Notes: generated from the letters alone by a model not told the origin. Shown: positions 1-9,737, counted from the stretch's first letter. The stretch: DNA of 64,000 nucleotides from an uncultured Pseudomonadota bacterium (GCA_947307295.1 CAMZIQ010000003.1:2743-66742); one strand, 5' to 3'. Translations and numbers: made by a program.

Positions 1-34
1 ATGTTAAAATATATTTTTTCATTTCTATCCCCAT
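1..34 (-). CDS. 5' end of a gene running off the window (MGIEMKKYILT...), downstream of the structured leader
   Basis: ATG at 34 or 22 on the minus strand, open to position 1; too short to identify. Confidence 0.35.
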   Translation of the reverse strand, partial: MGIEMKKYILT

Positions 35-38
35 GGTT

Positions 39-255
39 AAAAAAGACCGTCAAGAAAATTGGCGGTCGGGAGTGTTTACAGTCGCTTTATCATTGACCCC
101 GTGCTTTCAGGTTACCCCTATTTTATAGCTTACGGCACCCCGACCATCAAGTCAGGGATGATTACGATGCAAAGCACCGAAACCATCAGATCGATGCTTT
201 CGCATCGGATAAAGCGGGTTTGTAAAGACCCCGAACCCAATCTCTTGGATTCATC
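39..255 (-). ncRNA. Structured leader resembling phage P1 C4 / P4 CI antisense-immunity regions
   Basis: Closing stem 59-74/136-150 (GGTCGGGGTG...CACTCCCGACC); GNRA hairpin CGATGC-GAAA-GCATCG; ~28-nt imperfect inverted repeat 64-91 vs 208-237; overlapping terminator-like hairpin plus U-run at 39-67. Confidence 0.55.
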
Positions 256-259
256 AGGG

Positions 260-288
260 ATTATATAAGATTAGATTGATATTTGCAA
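260..288 (-). promoter_or_regulatory. Sigma70-type promoter driving the leader
   Basis: TTGCAA (288-283), 17 nt, TATAAT (265-260). Confidence 0.7.
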
Positions 289-331
289 TATTTTTCATTA
301 TCTTGTAAATCTAAACAAAGGAATACAGATT

Positions 332-1567
332 ATGGATAAAAAATTACAAAAACTTTTGGGTTATCTTACAAACTTTACGACCAAAAACCCTTTTGACCGT
401 GATTTTACAAAATATCCGCATTATAATGTACGTTTTGCCAGGAATAATATACCAGGGGTACAAGTCGGACTAACAGCAAATGATTATAAAAATGCTATAA
501 AATTTGCAAGAAATTTATTGCCAAAAATAGTAAATAAATTACCGGACAAAATAGTAAATGAAGAAATTACAACTTTTATGTTTAGTGCTTTTAAAAATCC
601 GCATATAAAAGATATGTCTGGTTTAGTAGGAAAATTTACAGCACCTAATCTACAAATACAAAATGCTGTTATCAAATTGTATAACATTAATATTGATATT
701 AGTATTGATACTGACACTTTCTCATTATACACAAGCCAGGATTTTTATGAAAAATTTGTTAAAAATGTAAATGGGTTGCCATCACATTTTAAAAAAACAT
801 TTACATATATTTTTGATAATTCTAAAAATAATATTTTTGTTGTATTGGTTTTAAAAAATATTCCTGTATATGAACCTAAACCAGAAGTAGCATTAAATAT
901 TATAAAAAATAGAATGAACGATTTTTGTGCTGTTTTAGGTATAATGTTTCAAACTTATTATCAACCAATACATTTAGGAAATTATATAAAAGAATCACTA
1001 GAAGCGGTGTGTTTGTTTGATAAACGAATGACACCTTTGAAATTATCAGATATCGGCAGACCATATAACCCATTCTATCATGAACCTGTTGAAATAACAA
1101 AAAAGGATATTGAAACTAATAAGTTTATTATAAATTTATTATCTGATAACGATAACTTGTTAAATAAAACACTGTTATCTATTCGTTGGCTAAATAAATC
1201 GATATTATCAGAAAATGATGAAGATAGAATTTTGCAAGCCACAATATCTCTAGAAACCCTGTTGTCAAGACATCAAAAATCTGACAATGCTGCTGGTTTG
1301 GGTGTTTCGTTGGCAGAAACATTTGCTTTCTTAACCGAAAGTGATTTACAGAAACGACTATATGTGTTCAAGTTTTTAAAGAATATATACAATATTCGAT
1401 CAGAAATTGTTCATAGTGGCCAGGCAGCTATAACAACCGATGTGTATTACCATTTTTATGACATATTGAAAGATGGGATATTAAAAATAATTGATTTAAT
1501 ACAAGCAAACAAATGGAAAAATATAGATGAAATTTACAAATATGTTGAACAATTAAAATTTCAATAA
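332..1567 (+). CDS. HEPN-domain protein, ApeA-like (candidate anti-phage/abortive-infection RNase)
   Basis: C-terminal 'ILQATISLETLL...IYNIRSEIVHSG' with RxxxxH motif; very AT-rich; next to an integrase. Confidence 0.75.
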   Translation: MDKKLQKLLGYLTNFTTKNPFDRDFTKYPHYNVRFARNNIPGVQVGLTANDYKNAIKFARNLLPKIVNKLPDKIVNEEITTFMFSAFKNPHIKDMSGLVGKFTAPNLQIQNAVIKLYNINIDISIDTDTFSLYTSQDFYEKFVKNVNGLPSHFKKTFTYIFDNSKNNIFVVLVLKNIPVYEPKPEVALNIIKNRMNDFCAVLGIMFQTYYQPIHLGNYIKESLEAVCLFDKRMTPLKLSDIGRPYNPFYHEPVEITKKDIETNKFIINLLSDNDNLLNKTLLSIRWLNKSILSENDEDRILQATISLETLLSRHQKSDNAAGLGVSLAETFAFLTESDLQKRLYVFKFLKNIYNIRSEIVHSGQAAITTDVYYHFYDILKDGILKIIDLIQANKWKNIDEIYKYVEQLKFQ

Positions 1568-1728
1568 TTGTATTTTTTGCAGTTGGGTGCTAAATATTCT
1601 TCGTTTCGGACCCATATAGAACCATTCGCAAACCATTAAAATTTGACACTGGATAAACAAAACCACTATTTGATTGGTGGTTTATAATTATTTATGGTTT
1701 GAATAATCTGGTAATGGTCTGTTTTTTA

Positions 1729-3255
1729 TCATTTTAATTTTTTCATAATTTCAGTCCATTTATCAAAATGTGATTGTAAAAAGTCATAATTTAATTTATC
1801 TGCCTGTTCTTTGATTTGTTTTAATGTGTGATTTGAATATGATTGTTCCATGGTATTTTTACCTGCCCAACCAATAATATCATTTATAAAAGATTGCGGT
1901 ATGCCTGTGTATTGTAATTGTTCACTGGCATTTTTACGGAAAGAGTGAAAATCTAATTTTTTTGCATTTGGTCCCTTAAATCCCAATTGTTCCACAAAAG
2001 TCAAAAATCCACGTTGTATAAATTTATTGTTAAAATTACCTGATTTGGTTACACCCTTTGGAAATATGAAATCTGAATCAGTTGCTTTTAATTTTGTTTT
2101 TTGCTTTTGAATATAATCTAAAAATCCCATATTTAATAATTGCGCTGGTATCGGAACAATACGTTCAGACGCTTCATTTTTAAGGTGTTTAACAAAATGA
2201 TTTTGGGTGAATTGGATACAATCAATGTTTTCTTGTTTAATAATATTACCAAATTGAACAGTTACCACAGCATTATTGCGTGCGCCGGTAAACAAAGCAA
2301 TCATACAAGCCCAAAATTGATCTGGATTTTTTTTGAAATAGTCGTGTTTTGGGTCAAAGATTTCTAATAATTGTTCCTGTGAATATGGGAAATGAGGGTT
2401 CCTTTTTGCTTTTGGTGTTTTTGATACCTTTGGTAATAATTGTAACAGATTATCTTTATACACATCTGGTTCAAGTATATGGGCATGTTCAATAAATTCT
2501 TTTACATACCGGATATATTTTCTTTTTGTATCCCCTTGGACTGTTTTGTTGTTGGTTATTTCATCAGATACCCTTTGTATAACATCAGAATTATAAAAAT
2601 CCATATAATCAGAATCTAAATTAAAGTTGATGTTTTCAAAAGTTGATTTCAAAGCACGATATTTACGGTCTTTTGTAGGGTCTGTATTATTACTTTTTTT
2701 AGCCAACGATTCCAAAATTTCACGAACAGTATAATTTTTTGTTGGTTTTGGTTGAATTGGTTGATTGTTGGCCAACATTTGTTCCATGTGTTCCATTTTG
2801 GCTAATATTGTGTCAATTTGTGGAAGAAAATGACTTAACTGACCCAACATAACCTTTTCCCCAGGGGTCAATTGGTTCTGTTGGACTAAATCCATTTTTT
2901 CAGACAAAATTTTTAACTGTTTCAAAACCATGGGGTCGGTTCTTGGCGATATTCTTCGCATGGCAAAACCGGTAAAAGTGCTACCTGTGCCACTATATTC
3001 AAAAATCACTTGATTCCATAACGTATTGAAATCATTTATAAATTTTGTTGTGTCAAAGTTTTGTATGTTTTCTGCCATTATTTTTGCTTTTTCCCTTGCT
3101 TCATAATAATTATATGTATGCAACGATTTACAAAAGAACCGTCTTTTGCTATTTTGTCTTGGTAATTCCATTGTAAAATAAAAAATATTGTTTCGCAACT
3201 TTATGTATTTATCGGTATTACAATATGACATACACTTTTTAATCATTGTTTTCAC
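1729..3255 (-). CDS. Tyrosine recombinase/integrase with DUF6538-like N-terminus
   Basis: N-terminal 'LRNNIFYF...KSLHTYNYYEA'; catalytic R (FTGAR), K, HSFR, GW and Y (QSYS). Confidence 0.9.
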   Translation of the reverse strand: MKTMIKKCMSYCNTDKYIKLRNNIFYFTMELPRQNSKRRFFCKSLHTYNYYEAREKAKIMAENIQNFDTTKFINDFNTLWNQVIFEYSGTGSTFTGFAMRRISPRTDPMVLKQLKILSEKMDLVQQNQLTPGEKVMLGQLSHFLPQIDTILAKMEHMEQMLANNQPIQPKPTKNYTVREILESLAKKSNNTDPTKDRKYRALKSTFENINFNLDSDYMDFYNSDVIQRVSDEITNNKTVQGDTKRKYIRYVKEFIEHAHILEPDVYKDNLLQLLPKVSKTPKAKRNPHFPYSQEQLLEIFDPKHDYFKKNPDQFWACMIALFTGARNNAVVTVQFGNIIKQENIDCIQFTQNHFVKHLKNEASERIVPIPAQLLNMGFLDYIQKQKTKLKATDSDFIFPKGVTKSGNFNNKFIQRGFLTFVEQLGFKGPNAKKLDFHSFRKNASEQLQYTGIPQSFINDIIGWAGKNTMEQSYSNHTLKQIKEQADKLNYDFLQSHFDKWTEIMKKLK

Positions 3256-3392
3256 CCCGTTGTTTTTTAATGTTTTTTGACGAAAGTGAAAATAAAAAGT
3301 GTTAGATTTTTAAGGTTTTTTGTTGTTTTGGTATGTTCCAACCCTAAAAATAAAAATCCAACGAAAGTGTTGGATTTCTAAGGTTTTTAACT

Positions 3393-3466
3393 TGGTTGGA
3401 GCGCACGGATTCGAACCATGATAAAGAGAACCAAAATCTCTTGTCCTACCATTAGACGACGCTCCA
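3393..3466 (-). tRNA. tRNA-Gln (TTG)
   Basis: TGGAGCG acceptor, anticodon loop TT-TTG-GT, GGTTCGAATCC T-arm, encoded CCA. Confidence 0.95.
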
Positions 3467-3547
3467 AGGACTCTGCTTATTATATATGGCTTTTCAATTT
3501 TTTCAATAACAAAATGAAAAAAATTATATTATTTCTAAATAATAGGC

Positions 3548-3612
3548 TTGACTTTGAAAAACGCCGTATATATAATCGTTAAAGTTTTTAATGATTTAAT
3601 TTTTTAATGATT
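3548..3612 (+). promoter_or_regulatory. Promoter of the efflux operon with possible MarR operator repeats
   Basis: TTGACT (3548), 17 nt, TATAAT (3571); direct repeat TTTTTAATGATT at 3585 and 3601. Confidence 0.6.
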
Positions 3613-3628
3613 AACCAAGGAATATAAT

Positions 3629-4078
3629 ATGACTCATGCAGAAATTACTCAGTTAGTGTCTGAAAATATGCAGATTCTTACGCGTTTTTCCCGCAGATTA
3701 CAGTCTGTGTTTGAACACGGTTCAAAAAAATCTAGACAGCAAATGTCTTTTTTAATGCGTCTTTATTTAACGGGAAAAATAAAATTGAAAGATTTTGCTA
3801 ATCGCGAAGCTATTTCTACTGCGGGGCTTTGCGGAATCTTGCGTAAACTGGAACAGGCGAAATTGGTTGTGCGTTCTGATGACCCAAAAGATCATCGTGA
3901 TGTTTGGTACGAAGTTTCAAAGGCTGGTAAAAATTTGGCTGAAAAATTAATAGACAAACGTGTCACCGCGCTAAGTGAATTATGCAAAGTTTTGCCCGAA
4001 GAAGATGAAGACAGACTGGCAGAATCAATTAAAACAGTAAACGAAATTTTCAAAAAGATGGAGGCATTAAATGCGTAA
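3629..4078 (+). CDS. MarR family transcriptional regulator
   Basis: Winged HTH 'LRKLEQAKLVVRSDDPKDHRDVWYEVSKAG'. Confidence 0.9.
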   Translation: MTHAEITQLVSENMQILTRFSRRLQSVFEHGSKKSRQQMSFLMRLYLTGKIKLKDFANREAISTAGLCGILRKLEQAKLVVRSDDPKDHRDVWYEVSKAGKNLAEKLIDKRVTALSELCKVLPEEDEDRLAESIKTVNEIFKKMEALNA

Positions 4079-5384
4079 GTTTGTGCTGGGTTTGGTGTGT
4101 GCCTTGTTGGTGGCGCCAAACGTGTTTGCTATGGATTTGTCGTTGAATGACGCTGTTGCAAAAATAGTCGCTGAATCTAATGATTTAAAAACCGCCGAAG
4201 CAAATATTAAAAAAGCCAAAGCGCAATTAAGTGCTGTCAATGCAAATCGCTGGTTCAGTATTGATGGAAGTGCTTCTTATATGAATTTGATTGATCCTAT
4301 TCGACCATTAGATTCCGAAGGTGTAAAAATCCCATCTGAAATAGGGGCGATTTTAAATCGTTCTTTGCCGGTGCCATTGGGTGAAATTCCAGATAATATG
4401 TTTATGGCGGGTGTACAAATCACTCAGCCTATATACACTTTTGGCAAAATAGGAAATGCTGTTGATGCGGTGCACGATGCAATTGATATGTCTAAATCTG
4501 CCAAAGATTTAACTTTACGCGAAGTCAAATATGCCGCAGCAAATCTTTATTGGACTGCAAAAATGACAGACGGTATTGTCGCAGCCAGTCAGAAAAATTT
4601 AGATAATGCACGTGCTGCACGTAAAAAATTAACTGCTGCCGGACGCGCAAACAGAAGCAATTTAATAAAAATAGAATCTGACATAGCAACAAAAGAAATT
4701 AATTTGTCTGATGCGGAATTCAACCGTGATACTGCATACAGAATGTTAAAAATTATGGCGGGCATAGATGAAAATGAACAAGTTGTTTTGACCGATGAAT
4801 TTCCTGATTCTTTTGAACCTTTGACAGCTCAAAAGTTAAAGTCAAATCCAGAATGGGATATTTATCAAAAACAAATTAAAATGTATGAATCAAATGCTTC
4901 GTCTAAACGTGCGGGGGGATATCCAACGTTGGCTCTTGTTGGTGCATACGATTATTATGCGATGGGTAATGATGTTGGGCATATTTTTGATAACGAAGGT
5001 TCACAGTCTGCATATTGGGGTGTGGCATTAAAGGTCCCATTGTTCAATGGTGGTTTACATTCTGCGAATGCTACCATAGAAGCAATGAACGCAGAATCTG
5101 CGCGTCAAGATTTGGATAAATCAAAGAAATTAAAAACCGAAGAATATAATACAGCTGTTAACAAATATAAACATCTTTGCGATAATCTTGAAAAATTGAA
5201 CGAAGCACATGCGTTGGCGCAAAAGGCTTATGATGTTTCTGTAAATCGTTTTGCCTCAGGTCAAACTTCGGCGATAGAATTGTCTGATGTGTCTGGTGCT
5301 TTGTATCAAATGGATGTGGCGCTGTTAAATGCTAAATATAATATTTTGATGTCAAAAGAATCTGTAAAAAAATTAGGTGAATAA
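4071..5384 (+). CDS. TolC family outer membrane efflux protein
   Basis: Signal peptide, OEP repeats 'QPIYTFGK', 'VPLFNGG', 'RFASGQTSAIEL'. Confidence 0.9.
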   Translation: MRKFVLGLVCALLVAPNVFAMDLSLNDAVAKIVAESNDLKTAEANIKKAKAQLSAVNANRWFSIDGSASYMNLIDPIRPLDSEGVKIPSEIGAILNRSLPVPLGEIPDNMFMAGVQITQPIYTFGKIGNAVDAVHDAIDMSKSAKDLTLREVKYAAANLYWTAKMTDGIVAASQKNLDNARAARKKLTAAGRANRSNLIKIESDIATKEINLSDAEFNRDTAYRMLKIMAGIDENEQVVLTDEFPDSFEPLTAQKLKSNPEWDIYQKQIKMYESNASSKRAGGYPTLALVGAYDYYAMGNDVGHIFDNEGSQSAYWGVALKVPLFNGGLHSANATIEAMNAESARQDLDKSKKLKTEEYNTAVNKYKHLCDNLEKLNEAHALAQKAYDVSVNRFASGQTSAIELSDVSGALYQMDVALLNAKYNILMSKESVKKLGE

Positions 5385-6003
5385 GATGACTAAAACAGAA
5401 ATGATTGAAAATCTGGTGAAAAAATTAAAAACACGTAAATATAAAAATATTATTTATATTACCGTTATCGTCTTAGTTGTTTTTGCTTTTGGATACAGAT
5501 TTTATACTGTTGTGCGGGAAAATAATTTCGATGTGTTTAACATAGCACGTCATAATGCGATTAATGGCACGCCCGTCACGGTTCTAGAAATGCAAAAAAC
5601 AAATGGCATTTTATTTGAACCGATTACTGTTAAAAACAATCGGGCTTTTGTATCTGGAAAACGTGTTAATATGTTTTATGGTGGACAAACAATAGGTAAT
5701 TGTAAAATCGTTTCTGTGTCAAAAAATATTGATTTAGATACAGGTATGTACGTTATAAAAACATCTGGGTGTTCCAATGGATTACAATACGCACAAACCA
5801 AAAAATATGGTTTTTATATCCCGATGTCAGCAATACATGGAAACGTTGTATACGTTGCAAATGATGATGTTGCGCATGCTGTTAAAATAGAAATTGAAAA
5901 TCAAGATATGCAAAATGCTTTGATAAAATCTGGTATCAAAAATGGGGATATTGTGATTTTATCAAATGTCCAAGATAATCAAAAAATTAAAATTTCTAAA
6001 TAG
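5377..6003 (+). CDS. Short periplasmic adaptor (MFP-like) of the RND pump
   Basis: N-terminal TM; 'IDLDTG' and 'IPMSAI...VYV...SGIKNGDIVI' C-terminal MFP motifs; lies between TolC and RND. Confidence 0.7.
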   Translation: MNKMTKTEMIENLVKKLKTRKYKNIIYITVIVLVVFAFGYRFYTVVRENNFDVFNIARHNAINGTPVTVLEMQKTNGILFEPITVKNNRAFVSGKRVNMFYGGQTIGNCKIVSVSKNIDLDTGMYVIKTSGCSNGLQYAQTKKYGFYIPMSAIHGNVVYVANDDVAHAVKIEIENQDMQNALIKSGIKNGDIVILSNVQDNQKIKISK

Positions 6004-6023
6004 AAAGCCAAAGGAAAATAGAT

Positions 6024-9000
6024 ATGTTAAAATTCTTTATTCGTAAACCTGTCACAACAATAATGTTTGTTTTGTTTTTTGTGATATTGGGGATAGTTTC
6101 TTTTCCAAAAATGAATATCGAAAGAACTCCATCTATAGATTTTCCTTATGTCACAGCTACATTTATTTATCCTGGTGCAACCCCAGAAGAAATAGAAACC
6201 CAGGTTGTAAAACGTGCCGAAAATGCGATGTCCGAAGTGGCAGGGGTAAAGAAAATTACATCACAAGTTTATGAAAACAGCGCATTTGTTATGTCTGAAT
6301 TTAATTTGGGGGTAAATGTTGATGACAAAGCAAATGAAGTAAAAGCAAAAATAGATGGATTGGCTAATGAATTTCCAGATGATTTAAAACAACCACTTAT
6401 TGCGAAATTAAACCCATTACAAACCCCGGTTTTAGATATTGTTATTCGTGGTGGTAATCCGCGCGATATTGAAAAATATGTAAGTGATACATTGTCTAAT
6501 AAAATTACTGCAATTCGTGGTGTTGCATCGGTAAACACTTTTGGTGGACAACAAAGAGCTGTGCGTATAGCTATGGATCCAGATTTAATGGCGGCATACG
6601 GTGTGACGATTAATGACATAGTTTCTGCCATAGCGATGCGTAATTTGAACGTTCCTGGCGGAAAAATTGAAACAGATATTAATTCAGAAAATGTTCGTTT
6701 TGTTGGGGAATTCAAAAATGTTGATGAAATTGCGAATCTAGAAATTACAACCGTCGAAGGTGAAACATTTAAATTATCTGATGTTGCTTCTGTTGCGGAT
6801 ACTGCGCGTGACATAGACAAAGGGGCAATATATAATGGTGAAAATGCTGTTATTATATCTGTGGTCAAAGCCAGCGATGGTAATGCGATAAAAATATCAA
6901 AAGCTATTCATAAAAAACTGTCAGAATTTGAATCAGATTTGCAAAAACGTTTTCCAGAAGCGACTATGAAAATAGTGTCTGATTCTTCTACGCATGTATC
7001 TGAAGACACTGCGGATACAATATATGGAATTATTTTAGGTGTTATATTTACAATTATTGTATTGTTGTGTTTTACACGTAATTGGCGTTCTACGATTATT
7101 GCAGGTGTTGTGATTCCAGCATCATTATTATCAGGTTTTTTCCTTATGAATGGTTCAGGTTTTACAATCAATACCATGACATTGTTGGCTTATGCTACAG
7201 CTCTTGGAACTTTGGTTTCTAATGCGATTATTTTGATTGAATCCGCGCTATCTGAATTGCGCGCAGGCAAAACACCTGAACAAGCCGCAGAAGACGGAAC
7301 AAAAAAGGTTGCTATACCAGTATTGGCTGGTGTCGGAACTAATGTAGTGGTGTTTTTACCTCTTGCCTTTATGGGTGGTATCGTTGGGCAATTTATGTTG
7401 CAATTTGGTATGACTGTTGTGTATTTAACTTTGTTGTCTTTGTTGTTTTCGTTTACTTTGACACCTATGATGATTGCGAAATTATTAAGATTGCCAAAGC
7501 AAAAGCAGACCAAACAAGATATCAAAGAAATCAAAGAACACGATAATAAATCGCGCCTGCGTAATTGGTATGAATACCAATGTCGTCATCCATGGGTCGT
7601 GATTGCTGGGGCGTTTGGGGTTTTAATCGTTTCTGCTCAGTTAATGAATTTTGTTGGTAATGAATTTTCTCCGTCAACTGATGCAAATGAAATTACAATC
7701 AAAGCGCGCGCTCCGATGGGTAGTATATATGCTAAATCAGAATCTATCGCCAAAGAAATAGAACAACGCATATCTAATTTTTCCGAAGTTGAATCTACTA
7801 CAACAAAAATAGGCGATAACGGTTTGCAAAATATTGATATAAAAGTGTCGTTGGTTGATGTTGAAAAGCGCGATATTTCTGATAAAAAATTGGCACAAAA
7901 AATGTTGCCGATATTATCAAATATCAAAGATGCAGAAATTCAAATTCGTGCAGGGGAAAATATGAGTGGTGCTGGTATTAATTCAGATTTGGTATTAAAT
8001 GTGTATGGTGATGACGATGAAAAACGCGCGATGTATGCACATCAAATTATTGATATGGTAAATAATATTGATGCAGTACAAAGTGCTGTGTTGGCACAAC
8101 AAATACCTGCTAATGAAATACGGTTTATTCCAAATGATGAACAAATGAATTTTTGGGGTGTAAAAAATGCTCAAGCAGGTTCTACATTACGCACAGCTTT
8201 GTTTGGAAATGATAGTTATAAATACAAAGAAAATGGTGATGAATATCCGATTATTTTGGAATTTGACAAGCAGTTTAAAAAACAATCTATGTTTGATAAT
8301 GTTTATGTAAATTCTAGAAAAGGTATGGTTGCTTTGTCACAGCTGGGCGATTTAGAAAATGTGCCAGCAACATCTAATATTCGTAGAATTGATAAAAATC
8401 GCGTGACAGAAATAGATATAAATATCGGAAAATCTACTATTGGTCCAATCCAAGCACAAATTCAAAAGAATCTTGATAAAATGAATTGGGAATCAGGATA
8501 TGGTGCTTCTTTTGCTGGAATGTCCGAAGTTCAAGAAGAATCAACATCAGAAATTGTACAAGCGTTTTTATTAGCTACTGTATTAACATTTATGTTGTTG
8601 GCTGCAATTATGAATTCTTTTGTTCATCCATTTACAATCGCAACATCAATTATAACCAGTTTTGCAGGTGTGTTCGTTGTGCTGTTTTTATCGGGGGCAT
8701 CTATGAATGTTGGTGCTATGTTAGCTTTCATTATGTTGGTGGGTTTGGTGGTTAATAATAATATTTTGGTGTTGGAACCAACTGTTGCACGTGTTCAAAA
8801 TGGTGAAGATGCGAAAAAAGTTTTATGGCAAGAGTTAATGGATAAAAAGCGTATGATTTGGATGACTACCATAGCGATTGTTGCGGGTATGTTACCACAA
8901 CTATGGTCTAATGACGGGTTAAAAGTTGCCATGGGTGCGGTTATGATAGGTGGTATGATAGCATCTCTTGTTTGGACATTTACATTAACTCCATCACTGT

Positions 9001-9047
9001 TTTTTGTTATGGAAAAATTGCGTAAAAAAGTGCAGAAATTAAAATAG
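6024..9047 (+). CDS. RND efflux permease (AcrB/AcrD/AcrF family)
   Basis: 1007 aa; 'FIRKPV', 'YPGATPEEIETQV', two TM bundles. Confidence 0.95.
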   Translation: MLKFFIRKPVTTIMFVLFFVILGIVSFPKMNIERTPSIDFPYVTATFIYPGATPEEIETQVVKRAENAMSEVAGVKKITSQVYENSAFVMSEFNLGVNVDDKANEVKAKIDGLANEFPDDLKQPLIAKLNPLQTPVLDIVIRGGNPRDIEKYVSDTLSNKITAIRGVASVNTFGGQQRAVRIAMDPDLMAAYGVTINDIVSAIAMRNLNVPGGKIETDINSENVRFVGEFKNVDEIANLEITTVEGETFKLSDVASVADTARDIDKGAIYNGENAVIISVVKASDGNAIKISKAIHKKLSEFESDLQKRFPEATMKIVSDSSTHVSEDTADTIYGIILGVIFTIIVLLCFTRNWRSTIIAGVVIPASLLSGFFLMNGSGFTINTMTLLAYATALGTLVSNAIILIESALSELRAGKTPEQAAEDGTKKVAIPVLAGVGTNVVVFLPLAFMGGIVGQFMLQFGMTVVYLTLLSLLFSFTLTPMMIAKLLRLPKQKQTKQDIKEIKEHDNKSRLRNWYEYQCRHPWVVIAGAFGVLIVSAQLMNFVGNEFSPSTDANEITIKARAPMGSIYAKSESIAKEIEQRISNFSEVESTTTKIGDNGLQNIDIKVSLVDVEKRDISDKKLAQKMLPILSNIKDAEIQIRAGENMSGAGINSDLVLNVYGDDDEKRAMYAHQIIDMVNNIDAVQSAVLAQQIPANEIRFIPNDEQMNFWGVKNAQAGSTLRTALFGNDSYKYKENGDEYPIILEFDKQFKKQSMFDNVYVNSRKGMVALSQLGDLENVPATSNIRRIDKNRVTEIDINIGKSTIGPIQAQIQKNLDKMNWESGYGASFAGMSEVQEESTSEIVQAFLLATVLTFMLLAAIMNSFVHPFTIATSIITSFAGVFVVLFLSGASMNVGAMLAFIMLVGLVVNNNILVLEPTVARVQNGEDAKKVLWQELMDKKRMIWMTTIAIVAGMLPQLWSNDGLKVAMGAVMIGGMIASLVWTFTLTPSLFFVMEKLRKKVQKLK

Positions 9048-9099
9048 TATTGATAAATCAAAAGCAACATGTTATGTTTTGCAAAGTGTGAGGTTAAGT

Positions 9100-9696
9100 A
9101 TGTTGCAAAAAAAAGATATTGTTGTTTTTGATTTTGATGGCACTTTGTCAGCCAGCGATTCAAACTGGGAATTTTTTAAATATTGTTTTAAACATTCACT
9201 AAGGCCGTGGTTGTTTTTACCGTATGTTATTTTGGGAATCATAGCCATAAAATTCAATCGTGATAGTATTTGGGGACGTGAAAAAATGCGTCGTTTCATA
9301 ACAGCTGAAATGGTGAAAAATTTTTCACAAAACGTGATAAAATTACATAAAAAAAATCGTTTTGGTTGGGCCAAAGAACAGGTTGCAAAGGAAAAATCAG
9401 CTGGTAATAAAGTATTATTGATTTCTGCATCGCCTGATTATTTAATACCTGAATTGGTCAAAGACATGAAATTTGATGCGGTTATGTGTTCAAAGATGGA
9501 TAAAGAAAACCCTTGGAAATGTGAATTTTTATGTCTGGGTAAAAATAAAGTAATCGCGATGGATAATTGGGCACACGAACATAAATATATTCCAAATGTG
9601 GTGCGTGCTTATTCTGACAGTAAATTTGATATGCCAATTATGGAAATTGCCAAAGAGCAGGTCTGGATAGACGCTAAAACAGGCCTTAGAAAATAA
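9100..9696 (+). CDS. HAD-IB family hydrolase
   Basis: FDFDGTL, ISAS, 'GKNK', YSDSKFD; SD-like GAGG before ATG 9100. Confidence 0.85.
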   Translation: MLQKKDIVVFDFDGTLSASDSNWEFFKYCFKHSLRPWLFLPYVILGIIAIKFNRDSIWGREKMRRFITAEMVKNFSQNVIKLHKKNRFGWAKEQVAKEKSAGNKVLLISASPDYLIPELVKDMKFDAVMCSKMDKENPWKCEFLCLGKNKVIAMDNWAHEHKYIPNVVRAYSDSKFDMPIMEIAKEQVWIDAKTGLRK

Positions 9697-9737
9697 AAAA
9701 TTGCTCATTCGGGCATTTTTTTTGTGTGAAAAATTAC

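Larger units (their letters stand above)
1..3400. mobile_element. End of an integrative element (prophage, satellite or genomic island) inserted at the 3' end of tRNA-Gln
   Basis: Integrase immediately downstream of the tRNA 3' end, AT-rich cargo and a phage-like leader; the other att site is not in the window. Confidence 0.7.

Noticed and set aside
59..268. 69-aa plus-strand ORF
   Set aside because: TTG start, no SD, and antisense to a well-formed promoter and structured leader; better explained as non-coding.
1..3400. Calling the element a complete prophage
   Set aside because: No structural, replication or lysis genes are visible in the window, so the element type cannot be determined.
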